Virus record (IMG/VR): IMGVR_UViG_3300006737_000004
Coordinates: 1-56,474 of that record
Source: a virus
Lineage: Duplodnaviria; Caudoviricetes
Length of the DNA stretch: 56,474 nt
Strand: one strand, 5' to 3'
A model generated the notes under the pieces. That model was not told the origin of the DNA, did no database searches, and saw only the letters and a program-made list of their open reading frames with translations. Position numbers and translations under genes: made by a program. Shown here one piece after another: positions 24,602-35,112 of the stretch (positions are counted from its first letter, which is position 1; each line of letters begins with the position of its first letter).

Positions 24602-26009
24602 TGTAGAACAGGCTCAAAGAGAGATAATCTTTCAGCCTAACTCTGGTCCACAGACAGACTTTTTATCTGCTACAGAACAGGAAGTGCTATATGGGGGATC
24701 TGCTGGTGGTGGTAAATCATATGCAATGGTTGCTGACCCAGTACGATATCTAAATAACCCACAAGCAAGAATGCTGCTTGTACGGAGAAGTACAGAAGAA
24801 TTACGTGAACTTATTTCAGTTTCAAAAGAGTTGTACCCAAAAGCAATTCCTGGAATTAAGTTTATGGAACGAGACAAGACTTGGGTAGCTCCCTCAGGTG
24901 CAACACTCTGGATGTCTTACCTTGACCGTGACGATGACGTAATGCGTTACCAAGGTCAGGCCTTTAACTGGATTGGATTTGACGAACTTACTCAGTGGCC
25001 TACCCCGTATCCGTGGAACTATATGCGCTCACGTTTAAGAAGTACTTCAGCTAGTGGACTACCGTTATACATGCGTGCAACTAGCAATCCAGGAGGACCA
25101 GGACACGCTTGGGTGAAGAAGACCTTTATTGATCCTGGATCTCATAATAAGGCTTTCTGGGCTACAGACATAGATAGCGGTAACATTATCGCTTGGCCGA
25201 AAGGTCACAGCAGGGAGGGTGAGCCTCTGTTCAAAAGGAAATTTATACCAGCCACCCTCTTTGATAATCCCTATCTCGCAGAAGATGGTATGTATGAAGC
25301 CAACCTTTTGTCGTTACCTGAACACCAACGTAGGCAATTGCTTGAAGGTGATTGGGATATAAATGAAGGAGCTGCATTTCCTGAGTTTAACCGTAACATA
25401 CACGTAGTAGAACCCTACGACATACCAAACAGTTGGGTAAAGTTTAGGGCTTGTGACTATGGTTATGGTTCTCACACAGGTGTACTCTGGTTTACCGTAA
25501 CCCCCTCTGAGCAGGTTGTTGTGTACAGGGAGTTATATGTATCTAAGGTTACTGCTGATAGCTTGGCAGATATGATCCTAGAAATAGAAGATGGGGAGAA
25601 AATGCGGTATGGAGTTTTGGACTCTAGTCTTTGGCATAATCGTGGTGATACTGGCCCTAGCCTTGCTGAACAAATGATTATAAAAGGTTGTAGGTGGAGA
25701 CCCTCAGATCGCTCCCGTGGATCAAGGGTGTCAGGGAAGAACGAAATACACAGGAGGTTACAGGTAGATGAATTTACTGAGGAACCAAGGATGGTATTTT
25801 TTAATACTTGTAAGCATACCATCTCTCAACTACCTGCCATACCTTTGGATAAAAATAATCCAGAAGATGTAAACACAAATGCAGAAGACCACTTGTATGA
25901 TGCCTTACGATATGGTATTATGACTAGACCAAGAAGTAGTCTATTTGACTTCGATCCTAATGTAACTAGGACAGGATTTCAAGCTTCAGACGCAACGTTT
26001 GGCTATTAA
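24462..26009 (+). CDS. terL: Terminase large subunit
   Basis: GGSAGGGKS Walker A, FDELT Walker B, SNPGG, DYG and DH.YDALRY; true start may be downstream of 24462. Confidence 0.95.
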   Translation: MSTNVRKRLQTNATLPSDTKRRSPKRKSLKKKSEEVVSAQPKPPLIDVEQAQREIIFQPNSGPQTDFLSATEQEVLYGGSAGGGKSYAMVADPVRYLNNPQARMLLVRRSTEELRELISVSKELYPKAIPGIKFMERDKTWVAPSGATLWMSYLDRDDDVMRYQGQAFNWIGFDELTQWPTPYPWNYMRSRLRSTSASGLPLYMRATSNPGGPGHAWVKKTFIDPGSHNKAFWATDIDSGNIIAWPKGHSREGEPLFKRKFIPATLFDNPYLAEDGMYEANLLSLPEHQRRQLLEGDWDINEGAAFPEFNRNIHVVEPYDIPNSWVKFRACDYGYGSHTGVLWFTVTPSEQVVVYRELYVSKVTADSLADMILEIEDGEKMRYGVLDSSLWHNRGDTGPSLAEQMIIKGCRWRPSDRSRGSRVSGKNEIHRRLQVDEFTEEPRMVFFNTCKHTISQLPAIPLDKNNPEDVNTNAEDHLYDALRYGIMTRPRSSLFDFDPNVTRTGFQASDATFGY

Positions 26010-26018
26010 GGATAAAAT

Positions 26019-28115
26019 ATGGAAGAAGAATTTGAAGATATGATCATGGATATGGAAGGCTCTGCTTCTGTTGAAGATGTAAAAGAAGAAGAACTTTCTG
26101 ATCCTAAGGCTGGACAAATAATCAGTTTTGTAGGGGAAAAGTACTCCAAAGCTGAGACTGCAAGGAAAACAGAAGAGCAGCGTTGGGTCCAAGCCTACCG
26201 AAACTACCGTGGTATTTACGGACCAGATGTGCAATTCACTTCAACTGAGAAGTCTCAAGTATTTGTTAAAGTAACTAAGACAAAAGTCCTAGCTGCATAT
26301 GGACAAATTGCAGAAGTTTTATTTGGTGGCAACAAGTTTCCAATTAGTATTGATCCCACTGTCCTTCCAGATGGGGTAGAAGAGACAGTAAACTTTGAAA
26401 CTAACCCAGAGCAAATGAAAGCTCAAGAGGGTCTACCTAGCCTCCTTCCTGGAGAGACTCTTCCAGAATTACAAGAACGCCTTGCAGGAATAAAGGAAGA
26501 CCTTCAACCAGTGATGGACAAGGTAGAATCTGGGTCTGCTAAGACTCCTACCTCTCCACAGTTCTTTCCTGCAGAAGTTGCAGCTAAGAAGATGGAAAAG
26601 AAAATCCATGACCAGTTAGAAGAATCTCACGCAAAGAAGCACCTACGGGCAGCAGCTTTTGAATCAGCTTTGTTTGGTACTGGTATTATGAAAGGTCCGT
26701 TTGCTGTAGACAAAGAATATGCAAACTGGGATGAAGAAGGTAATTACTCTCCTACTTTTAAAACTATCCCACAGACTACAAGTGTTTCTATCTGGAACTT
26801 CTATCCTGATCCAGATGCAGCAACAATGGAAGAAGCTGAGTATGTTGTGGAGCGTCATAAGATGTCACGTTCTCAACTACGAGCACTTAAGAATCGTCCA
26901 TACTTCCGTAAGAATGCACTAGACAATGCATTGAGTATTGGAGAGTCCTACACAAAAGAGTGGTGGGAACAGGCTATGGAAGATGAAGCAAATGAGTCTA
27001 AGTCAGAACGTTTTGAAGTTCTTGAGTTCTGGGGTTTTGTAGATACAGATATCCTAGAAGAGCAGGATATTGACATTCCTAAAGAGCTTAAGGATGCAGA
27101 GCAGTTAAGTGTTAATGTCTGGATCTGTAACGGTCAAGTACTTCGTTTGGTAATGAACCCCTTCACTCCTGCTTACATTCCGTACTTTGCTGCCCCTTAT
27201 GAAATGAACCCTTACAGCATATTTGGTGTAGGTATTGCAGAAAATATGGATGATACCCAAACTCTTATGAATGGGTTTATGCGTATGGCAGTAGATAACG
27301 CAGCACTATCAGGAAACTTACTTATCGAAGTAGATGAAACTAACCTAGTTCCTGGCCAAGACCTCTCTGTATACCCTGGAAAAGTTTTCCGTAGGCAGGG
27401 CGGTGCAATGGGTCAGGCAATCTTCGGAACAAAGTTTCCTAATGTAAGTTCAGAAAACATGATGATGTTTGATAAATCAAGGGTATTAGCAGATGAGAGT
27501 ACAGGATTTCCTTCGTTCGCACATGGGCAAACTGGAGTATCAGGAGTGGGAAGGACTGCTTCTGGCATCAGTATGCTTATGTCTGCAGCTAACGGCAGTA
27601 TACGAAATGTTGTCAAGAACATAGATGACTACTTGCTTGCACCACTAGGTAAAGCCTTCTTTAACTTTAATATGCAGTTTGACTTTGACCAAGAGATTAA
27701 AGGCGATCTAGAAATTAAAGCTCGTGGTACTGAAAGCTTAATGGCTAATGAAGTACGTAGTCAACGACTAATGCAATTCCTGCAAGTTGTACAAAATCCA
27801 GCACTAGCACCATTTGCTCGTATGGATTACATTGTACGTGAGATTGCTAAGTCTATGGATCTTGATCCTGATAAAGTTGGAAACAATATGGCACAAGCAG
27901 CAGTACAGGCTGAGATCCTAAAAGAGTTCCAAGCACAGAACCCACCACAACCAGAACCAGGAGTTCCACCACAGGCTGGTCCTCAGGGCGCTCCTGCTGG
28001 TGCACAGGTGCAGGATACCTCTGGAGCAGGGGGTGGGACTATAGGAACTGGTACAGCGCCTCAGCCAGGAGAACAGGGCTTCTCAGGTAACACTGGCCCA
28101 CAACAGGTACAATGA
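26019..28115 (+). CDS. Portal protein
   Basis: Follows TerL; W...YRNY.G, FGTG..K, FYPDP.A and RTASG.SML; Pro/Gln-rich tail. Confidence 0.9.
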   Translation: MEEEFEDMIMDMEGSASVEDVKEEELSDPKAGQIISFVGEKYSKAETARKTEEQRWVQAYRNYRGIYGPDVQFTSTEKSQVFVKVTKTKVLAAYGQIAEVLFGGNKFPISIDPTVLPDGVEETVNFETNPEQMKAQEGLPSLLPGETLPELQERLAGIKEDLQPVMDKVESGSAKTPTSPQFFPAEVAAKKMEKKIHDQLEESHAKKHLRAAAFESALFGTGIMKGPFAVDKEYANWDEEGNYSPTFKTIPQTTSVSIWNFYPDPDAATMEEAEYVVERHKMSRSQLRALKNRPYFRKNALDNALSIGESYTKEWWEQAMEDEANESKSERFEVLEFWGFVDTDILEEQDIDIPKELKDAEQLSVNVWICNGQVLRLVMNPFTPAYIPYFAAPYEMNPYSIFGVGIAENMDDTQTLMNGFMRMAVDNAALSGNLLIEVDETNLVPGQDLSVYPGKVFRRQGGAMGQAIFGTKFPNVSSENMMMFDKSRVLADESTGFPSFAHGQTGVSGVGRTASGISMLMSAANGSIRNVVKNIDDYLLAPLGKAFFNFNMQFDFDQEIKGDLEIKARGTESLMANEVRSQRLMQFLQVVQNPALAPFARMDYIVREIAKSMDLDPDKVGNNMAQAAVQAEILKEFQAQNPPQPEPGVPPQAGPQGAPAGAQVQDTSGAGGGTIGTGTAPQPGEQGFSGNTGPQQVQ

Positions 28116-28324
28116 AACTGGTCGTGAATAATACTTTAAAACCTTTTGTAAATAACCCTGAGCTATATAACCCTTTCCTTGAAGAGATTGATGAAAGGAT
28201 TATGTTTGCTCAGATAGCTCTTGAACAATCTAGAGAACCCGATGAGTTGTTTAGATTACAGGGTGAGATACGTGCACTCAGGTCACTATTAAGATTAAGA
28301 GATAAAATCAATGGCAGCTCCTAA
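28112..28324 (+). CDS. Portal-associated hypothetical protein
   Basis: LEQ......FRLQGEI.AL..L..LRD pattern typical of the gene after portal. Confidence 0.7.
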   Translation: MKLVVNNTLKPFVNNPELYNPFLEEIDERIMFAQIALEQSREPDELFRLQGEIRALRSLLRLRDKINGSS

Positions 28325-31300
28325 TACATCTTTAAGACCTAAAGCTAGGCCTGAGTCTCAGACAGAGCGTATGCTCAAACCTAAGACTATAGCTCAAGTT
28401 AAGGAAGACTTGCAGCAAAAACAACTTGCAGCAGATTTTGGAGATGTTGAATTTAGAGCCGATTTAGAACCACAATTTTCTTGGAATCCTCTAGCTAGAC
28501 TAGGGTACGATCCGAAGAAAGCTAAAGTCTTACCCTCTAGCCTTCTCGAACCTAACAATGCGTATGCAATTCCTGATAGTTCAACTGTAGAACGTATTAC
28601 AAATGCATCAGAATTTAAAAGAAGTGACCCTTTAGAGGTTGAAAGAATTAATCCAGGAGATGTAGTTACTAAAGGTCCAACTGCAGTTTCTCCTGTCTGG
28701 TCTCACGAATTTACTCATAAAGGTATTGAAAGGTTAAAAGAATACTTAGATGAAGATCCAGAATTTTTTAAAGGGAAGTATGGAGAAAAAACTTTTAATT
28801 TAATTAATAAAATTTCTAAAGGGGGTAAAGAAGCAAAGGATGGTAATGAACGGGTCACTGAATTTTTTGATTACTTAGAAGACACTATTAATGTTCCTGG
28901 ATATACCGTTTCAAAAAAACAAATAGACAAAAGTTTAGAAATTCCTGAGATTAAACCAGAAACGCAAAAACTTTTAAAAGAAAAAGATTTTAATGAAGAC
29001 GGTCAGATTTCTGCTATGGAATTTGCACAGGATACTTTTCTTGCTAATTCCTCTTGGGGAGGAGATAGAGAAGAGTTTCAAAAATACCTTAAGTCACCTA
29101 ATAAGAAAAGAAAAAAATATCTAAAAAGTTTATTTCCAGGTCTTATGGGAGCTGTACAGGCAGCACAAGATTTACTTGAAGCTCAAGGAGAAGTGCCAAA
29201 GGTTAAGAAAAAAACTTTAAGTTTTTGGGAAAAGGTAGCAAAACATTTTGGATATAGTAGATTAGGTTTTAACGAAGGTGGAGATGTAATAGGCCCAAAG
29301 TCTGAGCTAGAAAGACAACGAGAAGTAAATATAGCTGAACAAATGGCTACTCTCCCTAAGAAAAAAGATGAGTATAAACCATCCGTAGATCCTCAGAAAG
29401 AAGAGATTATAAAAAAGTATAATCTAGACGGTGCTAGATCTGGTTGGCAAGTTGGACCTACTACATTTCATACTATTTATGAAAACCTTCCAACTAACTT
29501 TAGACTTCTTACAGAGTTTATCCTTGGTAAAGATACACCTATCACTATGGCAGATTTTACTAAAGATGAACTAGTTTCAATGATAGCTCTTTCAGAGAAT
29601 CAGGAAAAAAATAAACTTAACCTTAAAAACAGAAAGTTAAAAGATCAACCTGAAAATGTAACAACAGTTACTACTTATAAACTTAAACCTACTGATAGGT
29701 ATCCTGATTGGGTTGAAAGTAATCCATACTTTAGAGCTATGGCACACAGTCTTTTTAGCCCTGAATACCAAGTACGTACAACTTTAGGTAGGTATGATAC
29801 AGAAGATACTCCTTCAAGTCTCATAGTAAAAGATGCATACGATATGAATATTGGACAAAGGAGCTTACCTAAACTTAGTAACCGTAAAGATTTAGCAGAA
29901 GTGTTAGACTACATGCGAATTGATCCTGAAATGGCAGGAGAGTTTATAGCAAATGTTTTCAGACCTAACCCAGAAGATTCAAGAAAGATTGACTTAGTAA
30001 TACCAAAAAGAAAAAAGGTTGAAAATTTTAACGAAGGTGGTGATGTATCAGCTCAAATGCAATCTTTGATGATACCTTCTGCAGATAACGATATTCGTCC
30101 AGAAGATTATGTTCAGTATAGAGAAGATAACTTTACTCCAGCAAGCTTTGCAGAAGACTCTTGGGAAGATACGAAGAAAAGATTTATGGATGCAGGTAGG
30201 ATTGATGTAAATCCCGATGATCCTGCTATCTTCACTGCATATAAACGTGCTGTTGATTATCTTAAAGATACAGGGCTTGCAGGTTTAGGTTTAGCTGATA
30301 CTGCATTTAAATATGCTGTAGGTTCTGCAGCTCAGGTTATGCCTACAGAAGCTTTAGAAAAACGTATGGCTAGAGATCTTTACTCTATGCCAGAAGCTTT
30401 TGCTGGAGCAGCAGGTGCTAGAAGCCTAACTCAACTTGATGATGCAGCAGATGCATTTCTTGAAGGGTCTCTGCACGTAGCACGTAAAGCAGGTCAAATG
30501 AAACCTGACCCCAATACACTTGCAAGTTTTGCTGGAGCTGTGCCTCCTACATATATACAGAGAGATACTCCACTTTCTGAAATGGGAGAGTACCAACTTG
30601 ATTATTTTCGTCAAGTAGAACCCACCGAAAAAACAAAACTGAAAGACTTAGAACTCCTCCAATTTAGAGAACCTATTTCAGAGTTTATAAAAAACTTAAC
30701 TATACCTAAAAAAGGTATGATAGGATCAGAGTTTTTAAACCAAATAAAAAAGAATCCCTCTATCCCAGAGACTTCTTTACAAGAGGGTATTATAGATCCC
30801 AGTAAAAGATATACTAAGGAGGAGTTACTTGGGGCCATAGGAGTAGGAAAAAATACTCAAGGCACTTTTAGATCTGCTGCAAATATTTCTCCTTATAGAA
30901 TAAAACAATTTGAAGGCAATCAAAGACAAACAAAAGATGCAGGGTTTCAAGGTGGAAGAGAGGTTGAGTATTTTGATATACCCATAGATACGACTATTGG
31001 ATATCCTGGGAAACGTTTTAGGGCTAATTATCAACATTATAGTCCAGAAACTTTAGTTCATGTTAGAGGTTCTATTGTAAGTCCTTATAGACAAATTGAG
31101 TTTTCTCCTAGAAAAATAAAAGAGTTTGACAAGATTATTGGGGGTAAAAATTACTTACTCGGAGAAGAGCTTCAGTCTGACCTTCTTACTAAAGGTTATG
31201 CAAAACCAAATAATTTTTTTGACGCTGTATTTTCTGAAGCTACAAAAAACTGGGAATCTGCTAATCTTGTTACTTACCAAGAAGCTCTTGGTGATATAGA

Positions 31301-34127
31301 TAAAGAAATTAAAAAGGTTTTAAAGCTTCTTGATGATCCATCTTCAGCCCACCTTTCTCCTGGAAGAGTTTCCAGTAATCCTAAGTTTTATCATTTTTCT
31401 TCAGAGTACACCAACAAGGTAAACTTTGAAGATAGAAAGAGGGGATTAAAAGGTCTTGCAAGTCTAGATAGAATTGATTATGACGAGCTTTCAGATCTTC
31501 TTATTAAAACAAGTGCAACTGAAAAAGACATAGATCAGGTTTTTGAAACGTTAAAAGCTGATGCACTATTAGAACCAATACTCCTAAGAAAATCTGCAAT
31601 AGATTCAATGTGGGAGAATGATCCTGAAGCTGCAGTATTCTTTGAAGGTGGGCTAGACGACGTTGATTTTCTTACTCACGACGAGCTTGTAAATTTACCA
31701 GAAGTTAATTCAATAAATGATAAAGGTATAAAAGAAGACTTTTTAAACTATCATAATAAACGGCAGCAAGCTCTTGACAGTGCAACTGAAGAATACTTAA
31801 ATTTTTTACAGTCTCAAATAGATAAGTTAAAAATAAATGATACAATAGATGCTAAAGATTTAGCCGAACTTCATGAAAATATGATAATGGCTCAGTCTTA
31901 TACTCCAGATACTTCAGAGATTGGCCTACCTCCAATACGTAAAAATAAACAAGCTGTAGATGAAGCACTTAAAGTTCTTATTGCCAAAGCAGCACAATCA
32001 GGTGTAGACAAAATTGTCATACCTCCAGCAAGTCGTATTGCTTTAGCTAGGGGTAGAGATCTTGAGAAAGATAAGGGTGATAGGTTTTATAGAACTTATG
32101 TAACTGACTTAAACAAATCCTTAAAGGAGCTTGAAGAAAACTACCCTGTTGTAATACACAGGGATGTTGAAATGCCTTATGGTATCAGGGGAGAAGCAAG
32201 TACTGATGAGCTTATAGGATTTGAAGATATAGATCAAAATCTAGGTTTTGATGCGGAAAATGACCCAGAAATAACAAATCTCCTTAATGAAATGGCAGGA
32301 GATATTGATATGGAAGCTATTGGTCAACAAATAACTGAATTAGTAGATCAAAACTTAAACGATGTCAATCAAGTTGTAGTAACTGAACCCTTAGGTAATG
32401 AACTTCTACCTCCTAGTCAAAGGAAAAAAACAGTTGATGTAAGTGACAAAGGTACAATTATAGATATCTCAGAACTAGTTAATAGATTTAAAGTAGAACA
32501 ACCAAGACAGTTTGCCCAAGGAGGCGTAGCAATGAATAAACAAATGGAAATGGCTTTTATGCAACAAGGTGGATTGCAGGATGACGGGATGAATCAAGAT
32601 CCTGTATCTGGTAATGAAGTACCCTCTGGGTCGATGGCTTCAGAAGTACGAGATGATATCTCTGCCCAGTTGTCTGAAGGTGAATATGTTGTACCTGCTG
32701 ATGTTGTTCGTTATCTTGGAGTAAAACACTTTGAAGACTTGAGAGATAAAGCTAAAAACGGACTTAATAAAATGGAAACTGATGGTCGTATTGGTGGAGA
32801 ACCCGTACCTGTTGGTGGACCTAAAGCAGGTCTACGACCAGATGAGATGCAAGAAATACAAAAGATGTTTGAAGGTGGTATGGTAGCTGGAGCTGCAAAT
32901 GGAGCAGACTTTAGTTTCTATAATCCTACAGGATCAACTGTAGAAGAAGCTGTAACCACTCCTGGACCTGCAGGTAGACCTATGTACAGTGGAGAGTTTA
33001 GCTTTGAGCAACCTGGAGCTGGTTTAGCTACACCACCACCTGAAGTAACAATACCTGAAACACCAGAACAAAAAGCTGTAACACTGTATGGACCAAGTGG
33101 TGAAGTTATAGCTTTGATGCTACCTAGAGACCAAACTATGTATGACCAACTTATTGCTCAAGGTTATGGACTTACAGCACCACAAATAGAAAAAGAAAGA
33201 AGTGATAAAGATAAAGATAAAGAAGTACAAACTGATCCAAATGCTTGGATGGATAAGTATGACTATAATAATCTAGACAATTTAGCTACACAAACAGAAG
33301 ATCTTTTAACTGCTGAAAAAGGTTTTATAGGTAAAGTACTTGGTGGAGGGGTTATAGGCATGTTTATTTCTGCCAGTAATGCAGCTCAGGCAGCAGCTAA
33401 CATAGCAATTCTTAAATCTAATGGACAAGAAGCTGAGGCAGAAAGATTAAAAACTTTGTGGGATGGTTACGTAAAACAGAATAAGATTGACGTACTCCCC
33501 AGTTTCACTTATAATGGTGATCAATTAACAAGACAAATTGTACAAAATAATCCAGGAAAAGACCTTGGACTACAGTTTGGAGATACGGATGTAAACGGAG
33601 ATCCAATCTTTAAAAATCAAAAAGACTTTGATGACTTTGCTCAAAGTGTTGCACCAGAAGGTATGACTTTTATTCCTGATAAAGGGAAATACATAAGGCC
33701 AGAAGGAGTATCTTATGAACCAGAAGAGCTTCCAAGACCCAAAGCTAGACCTACTTCTTATCAACCCCCTAAACCTGAAGTATCAGATTCTTCAGCCTTA
33801 CAAACAGGTCCAGAAATAAGAGGCAGGAAACGACCTCAACCCAAAACTGCACCTATTGATGACCCTCTTGAACAAATACAGGACGCTGCTAATAGAAAAA
33901 GCAGAGAAGCTCATCTCCCTGGCCCCCGTAAGTCAGATATACCTTCTTCTTCTTCTATAGAAGATAGGACAGATATAGTTTCAGAATCTTTAGCTGATAA
34001 ACAAGCAAAACAAGCAAAACAAAAAGCTATAAAGAGAACAGAAGAAACTCTTAAAGCTATGGAAAGAGGTGTTCAAAGGGGATTTAAAAAAGGCGGCTTG
34101 ATGAAAAAGAAAAAGAGTAAAAAATAA
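28311..34127 (+). CDS. Giant multi-module protein, probably a virion internal/cargo protein
   Basis: 1938 aa; HEFTH motif, EELQSD domain, DPVSGNEVP...DD...LSEGEYVVPADVVRY domain; six [FM]xxGG motifs. Confidence 0.8.
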   Translation: MAAPNTSLRPKARPESQTERMLKPKTIAQVKEDLQQKQLAADFGDVEFRADLEPQFSWNPLARLGYDPKKAKVLPSSLLEPNNAYAIPDSSTVERITNASEFKRSDPLEVERINPGDVVTKGPTAVSPVWSHEFTHKGIERLKEYLDEDPEFFKGKYGEKTFNLINKISKGGKEAKDGNERVTEFFDYLEDTINVPGYTVSKKQIDKSLEIPEIKPETQKLLKEKDFNEDGQISAMEFAQDTFLANSSWGGDREEFQKYLKSPNKKRKKYLKSLFPGLMGAVQAAQDLLEAQGEVPKVKKKTLSFWEKVAKHFGYSRLGFNEGGDVIGPKSELERQREVNIAEQMATLPKKKDEYKPSVDPQKEEIIKKYNLDGARSGWQVGPTTFHTIYENLPTNFRLLTEFILGKDTPITMADFTKDELVSMIALSENQEKNKLNLKNRKLKDQPENVTTVTTYKLKPTDRYPDWVESNPYFRAMAHSLFSPEYQVRTTLGRYDTEDTPSSLIVKDAYDMNIGQRSLPKLSNRKDLAEVLDYMRIDPEMAGEFIANVFRPNPEDSRKIDLVIPKRKKVENFNEGGDVSAQMQSLMIPSADNDIRPEDYVQYREDNFTPASFAEDSWEDTKKRFMDAGRIDVNPDDPAIFTAYKRAVDYLKDTGLAGLGLADTAFKYAVGSAAQVMPTEALEKRMARDLYSMPEAFAGAAGARSLTQLDDAADAFLEGSLHVARKAGQMKPDPNTLASFAGAVPPTYIQRDTPLSEMGEYQLDYFRQVEPTEKTKLKDLELLQFREPISEFIKNLTIPKKGMIGSEFLNQIKKNPSIPETSLQEGIIDPSKRYTKEELLGAIGVGKNTQGTFRSAANISPYRIKQFEGNQRQTKDAGFQGGREVEYFDIPIDTTIGYPGKRFRANYQHYSPETLVHVRGSIVSPYRQIEFSPRKIKEFDKIIGGKNYLLGEELQSDLLTKGYAKPNNFFDAVFSEATKNWESANLVTYQEALGDIDKEIKKVLKLLDDPSSAHLSPGRVSSNPKFYHFSSEYTNKVNFEDRKRGLKGLASLDRIDYDELSDLLIKTSATEKDIDQVFETLKADALLEPILLRKSAIDSMWENDPEAAVFFEGGLDDVDFLTHDELVNLPEVNSINDKGIKEDFLNYHNKRQQALDSATEEYLNFLQSQIDKLKINDTIDAKDLAELHENMIMAQSYTPDTSEIGLPPIRKNKQAVDEALKVLIAKAAQSGVDKIVIPPASRIALARGRDLEKDKGDRFYRTYVTDLNKSLKELEENYPVVIHRDVEMPYGIRGEASTDELIGFEDIDQNLGFDAENDPEITNLLNEMAGDIDMEAIGQQITELVDQNLNDVNQVVVTEPLGNELLPPSQRKKTVDVSDKGTIIDISELVNRFKVEQPRQFAQGGVAMNKQMEMAFMQQGGLQDDGMNQDPVSGNEVPSGSMASEVRDDISAQLSEGEYVVPADVVRYLGVKHFEDLRDKAKNGLNKMETDGRIGGEPVPVGGPKAGLRPDEMQEIQKMFEGGMVAGAANGADFSFYNPTGSTVEEAVTTPGPAGRPMYSGEFSFEQPGAGLATPPPEVTIPETPEQKAVTLYGPSGEVIALMLPRDQTMYDQLIAQGYGLTAPQIEKERSDKDKDKEVQTDPNAWMDKYDYNNLDNLATQTEDLLTAEKGFIGKVLGGGVIGMFISASNAAQAAANIAILKSNGQEAEAERLKTLWDGYVKQNKIDVLPSFTYNGDQLTRQIVQNNPGKDLGLQFGDTDVNGDPIFKNQKDFDDFAQSVAPEGMTFIPDKGKYIRPEGVSYEPEELPRPKARPTSYQPPKPEVSDSSALQTGPEIRGRKRPQPKTAPIDDPLEQIQDAANRKSREAHLPGPRKSDIPSSSSIEDRTDIVSESLADKQAKQAKQKAIKRTEETLKAMERGVQRGFKKGGLMKKKKSKK

Positions 34128-34160
34128 AACTGGGTTAATACCCTATACTAGGAACGATAA

Positions 34161-34200
34161 GGCTACTCGGCTACGGCTGACCCCAACATAAAGGAGATAG
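34161..34200 (+). promoter_or_regulatory. Leader hairpin and RBS of the scaffold gene
   Basis: TCGGC-TACG-GCTGA (C-UACG-G tetraloop) then AAGGAG. Confidence 0.5.
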
Positions 34201-34203
34201 GAT

Positions 34204-35109
34204 ATGCCTGAACTAACAGAAATGGAAACACCAAAGACTGCAGGATTTGTTGAACGTGGATCAAACTACATGAAGCGTAAACAAGAAATGAAAGATGAAG
34301 AAGAGGAGATCAAACGTCTTGAAGCTGAACAGCGAGGAGAATCTGAATCAGAAGAAGAAGAAACAACTGAAGAAGAAACTACCGAAGCGAAAGAGGCCGA
34401 TACAAAAGATAAAGAAGAGACGTTATCTCCAGAAGAAAAGTCTTTCAAAAAACGCTATGGTGATCTAAGACGACACATGCAGCAGAAGGAAAAGGAGTGG
34501 GATGCTAAACTTGAGAACCTACAAAAGGCTTCTGAAAAAGCGGGTATCATACCACCCAAGTCTGATGAAGACATAGAGGAGTGGGCTAAGGAGTATCCTG
34601 ATGTAGCTGGAATTGTAGAAACTATTGCAGCTAAGAAAGCCCAAGAAATGTTTGAAAGGGCTAACACTCGGATTAAGGAACTTGATGAGGCTCAATCAGA
34701 AGCTAATCGAGTAAAGGCAGAAAATGAAATACGTAAAACTCATTCAGACTTTGACGAGCTACGAGATTCAGACGGATTTCATGATTGGGCTGACGAACAA
34801 CCTAAGTGGGTTCGTGATGCTTTGTATGAAAACTCTGACGATCCAGCATCTGTGGTCCGTATAATTGATCTGTATAAAGCAGACAAAGGTCTTACCACTA
34901 AGGATAAGAAAGCTAAAACAAAAGAAGCAGCTAAGACAGTTACTAAACGTAGTAGAACGGAAGTAGATGTAGCTGATGCTAACGACATGATTCGGGAATC
35001 AGATGTTGCAAAAATGTCTGACAAAGAATTTGAAGAACGTTCAGATGATATTAATACAGCAATGCGCAATGGAAAATTCATCTATGACGTGTCTGGTTCT
35101 GCCAGATAA
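34204..35109 (+). CDS. Capsid scaffolding protein
   Basis: Acidic coiled coil, FKKRYGDLRRH, H.DF......F..W, C-terminal MS..EFE...I..A...G; directly upstream of the capsid gene. Confidence 0.8.
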   Translation: MPELTEMETPKTAGFVERGSNYMKRKQEMKDEEEEIKRLEAEQRGESESEEEETTEEETTEAKEADTKDKEETLSPEEKSFKKRYGDLRRHMQQKEKEWDAKLENLQKASEKAGIIPPKSDEDIEEWAKEYPDVAGIVETIAAKKAQEMFERANTRIKELDEAQSEANRVKAENEIRKTHSDFDELRDSDGFHDWADEQPKWVRDALYENSDDPASVVRIIDLYKADKGLTTKDKKAKTKEAAKTVTKRSRTEVDVADANDMIRESDVAKMSDKEFEERSDDINTAMRNGKFIYDVSGSAR

Positions 35110-35112
35110 CTG

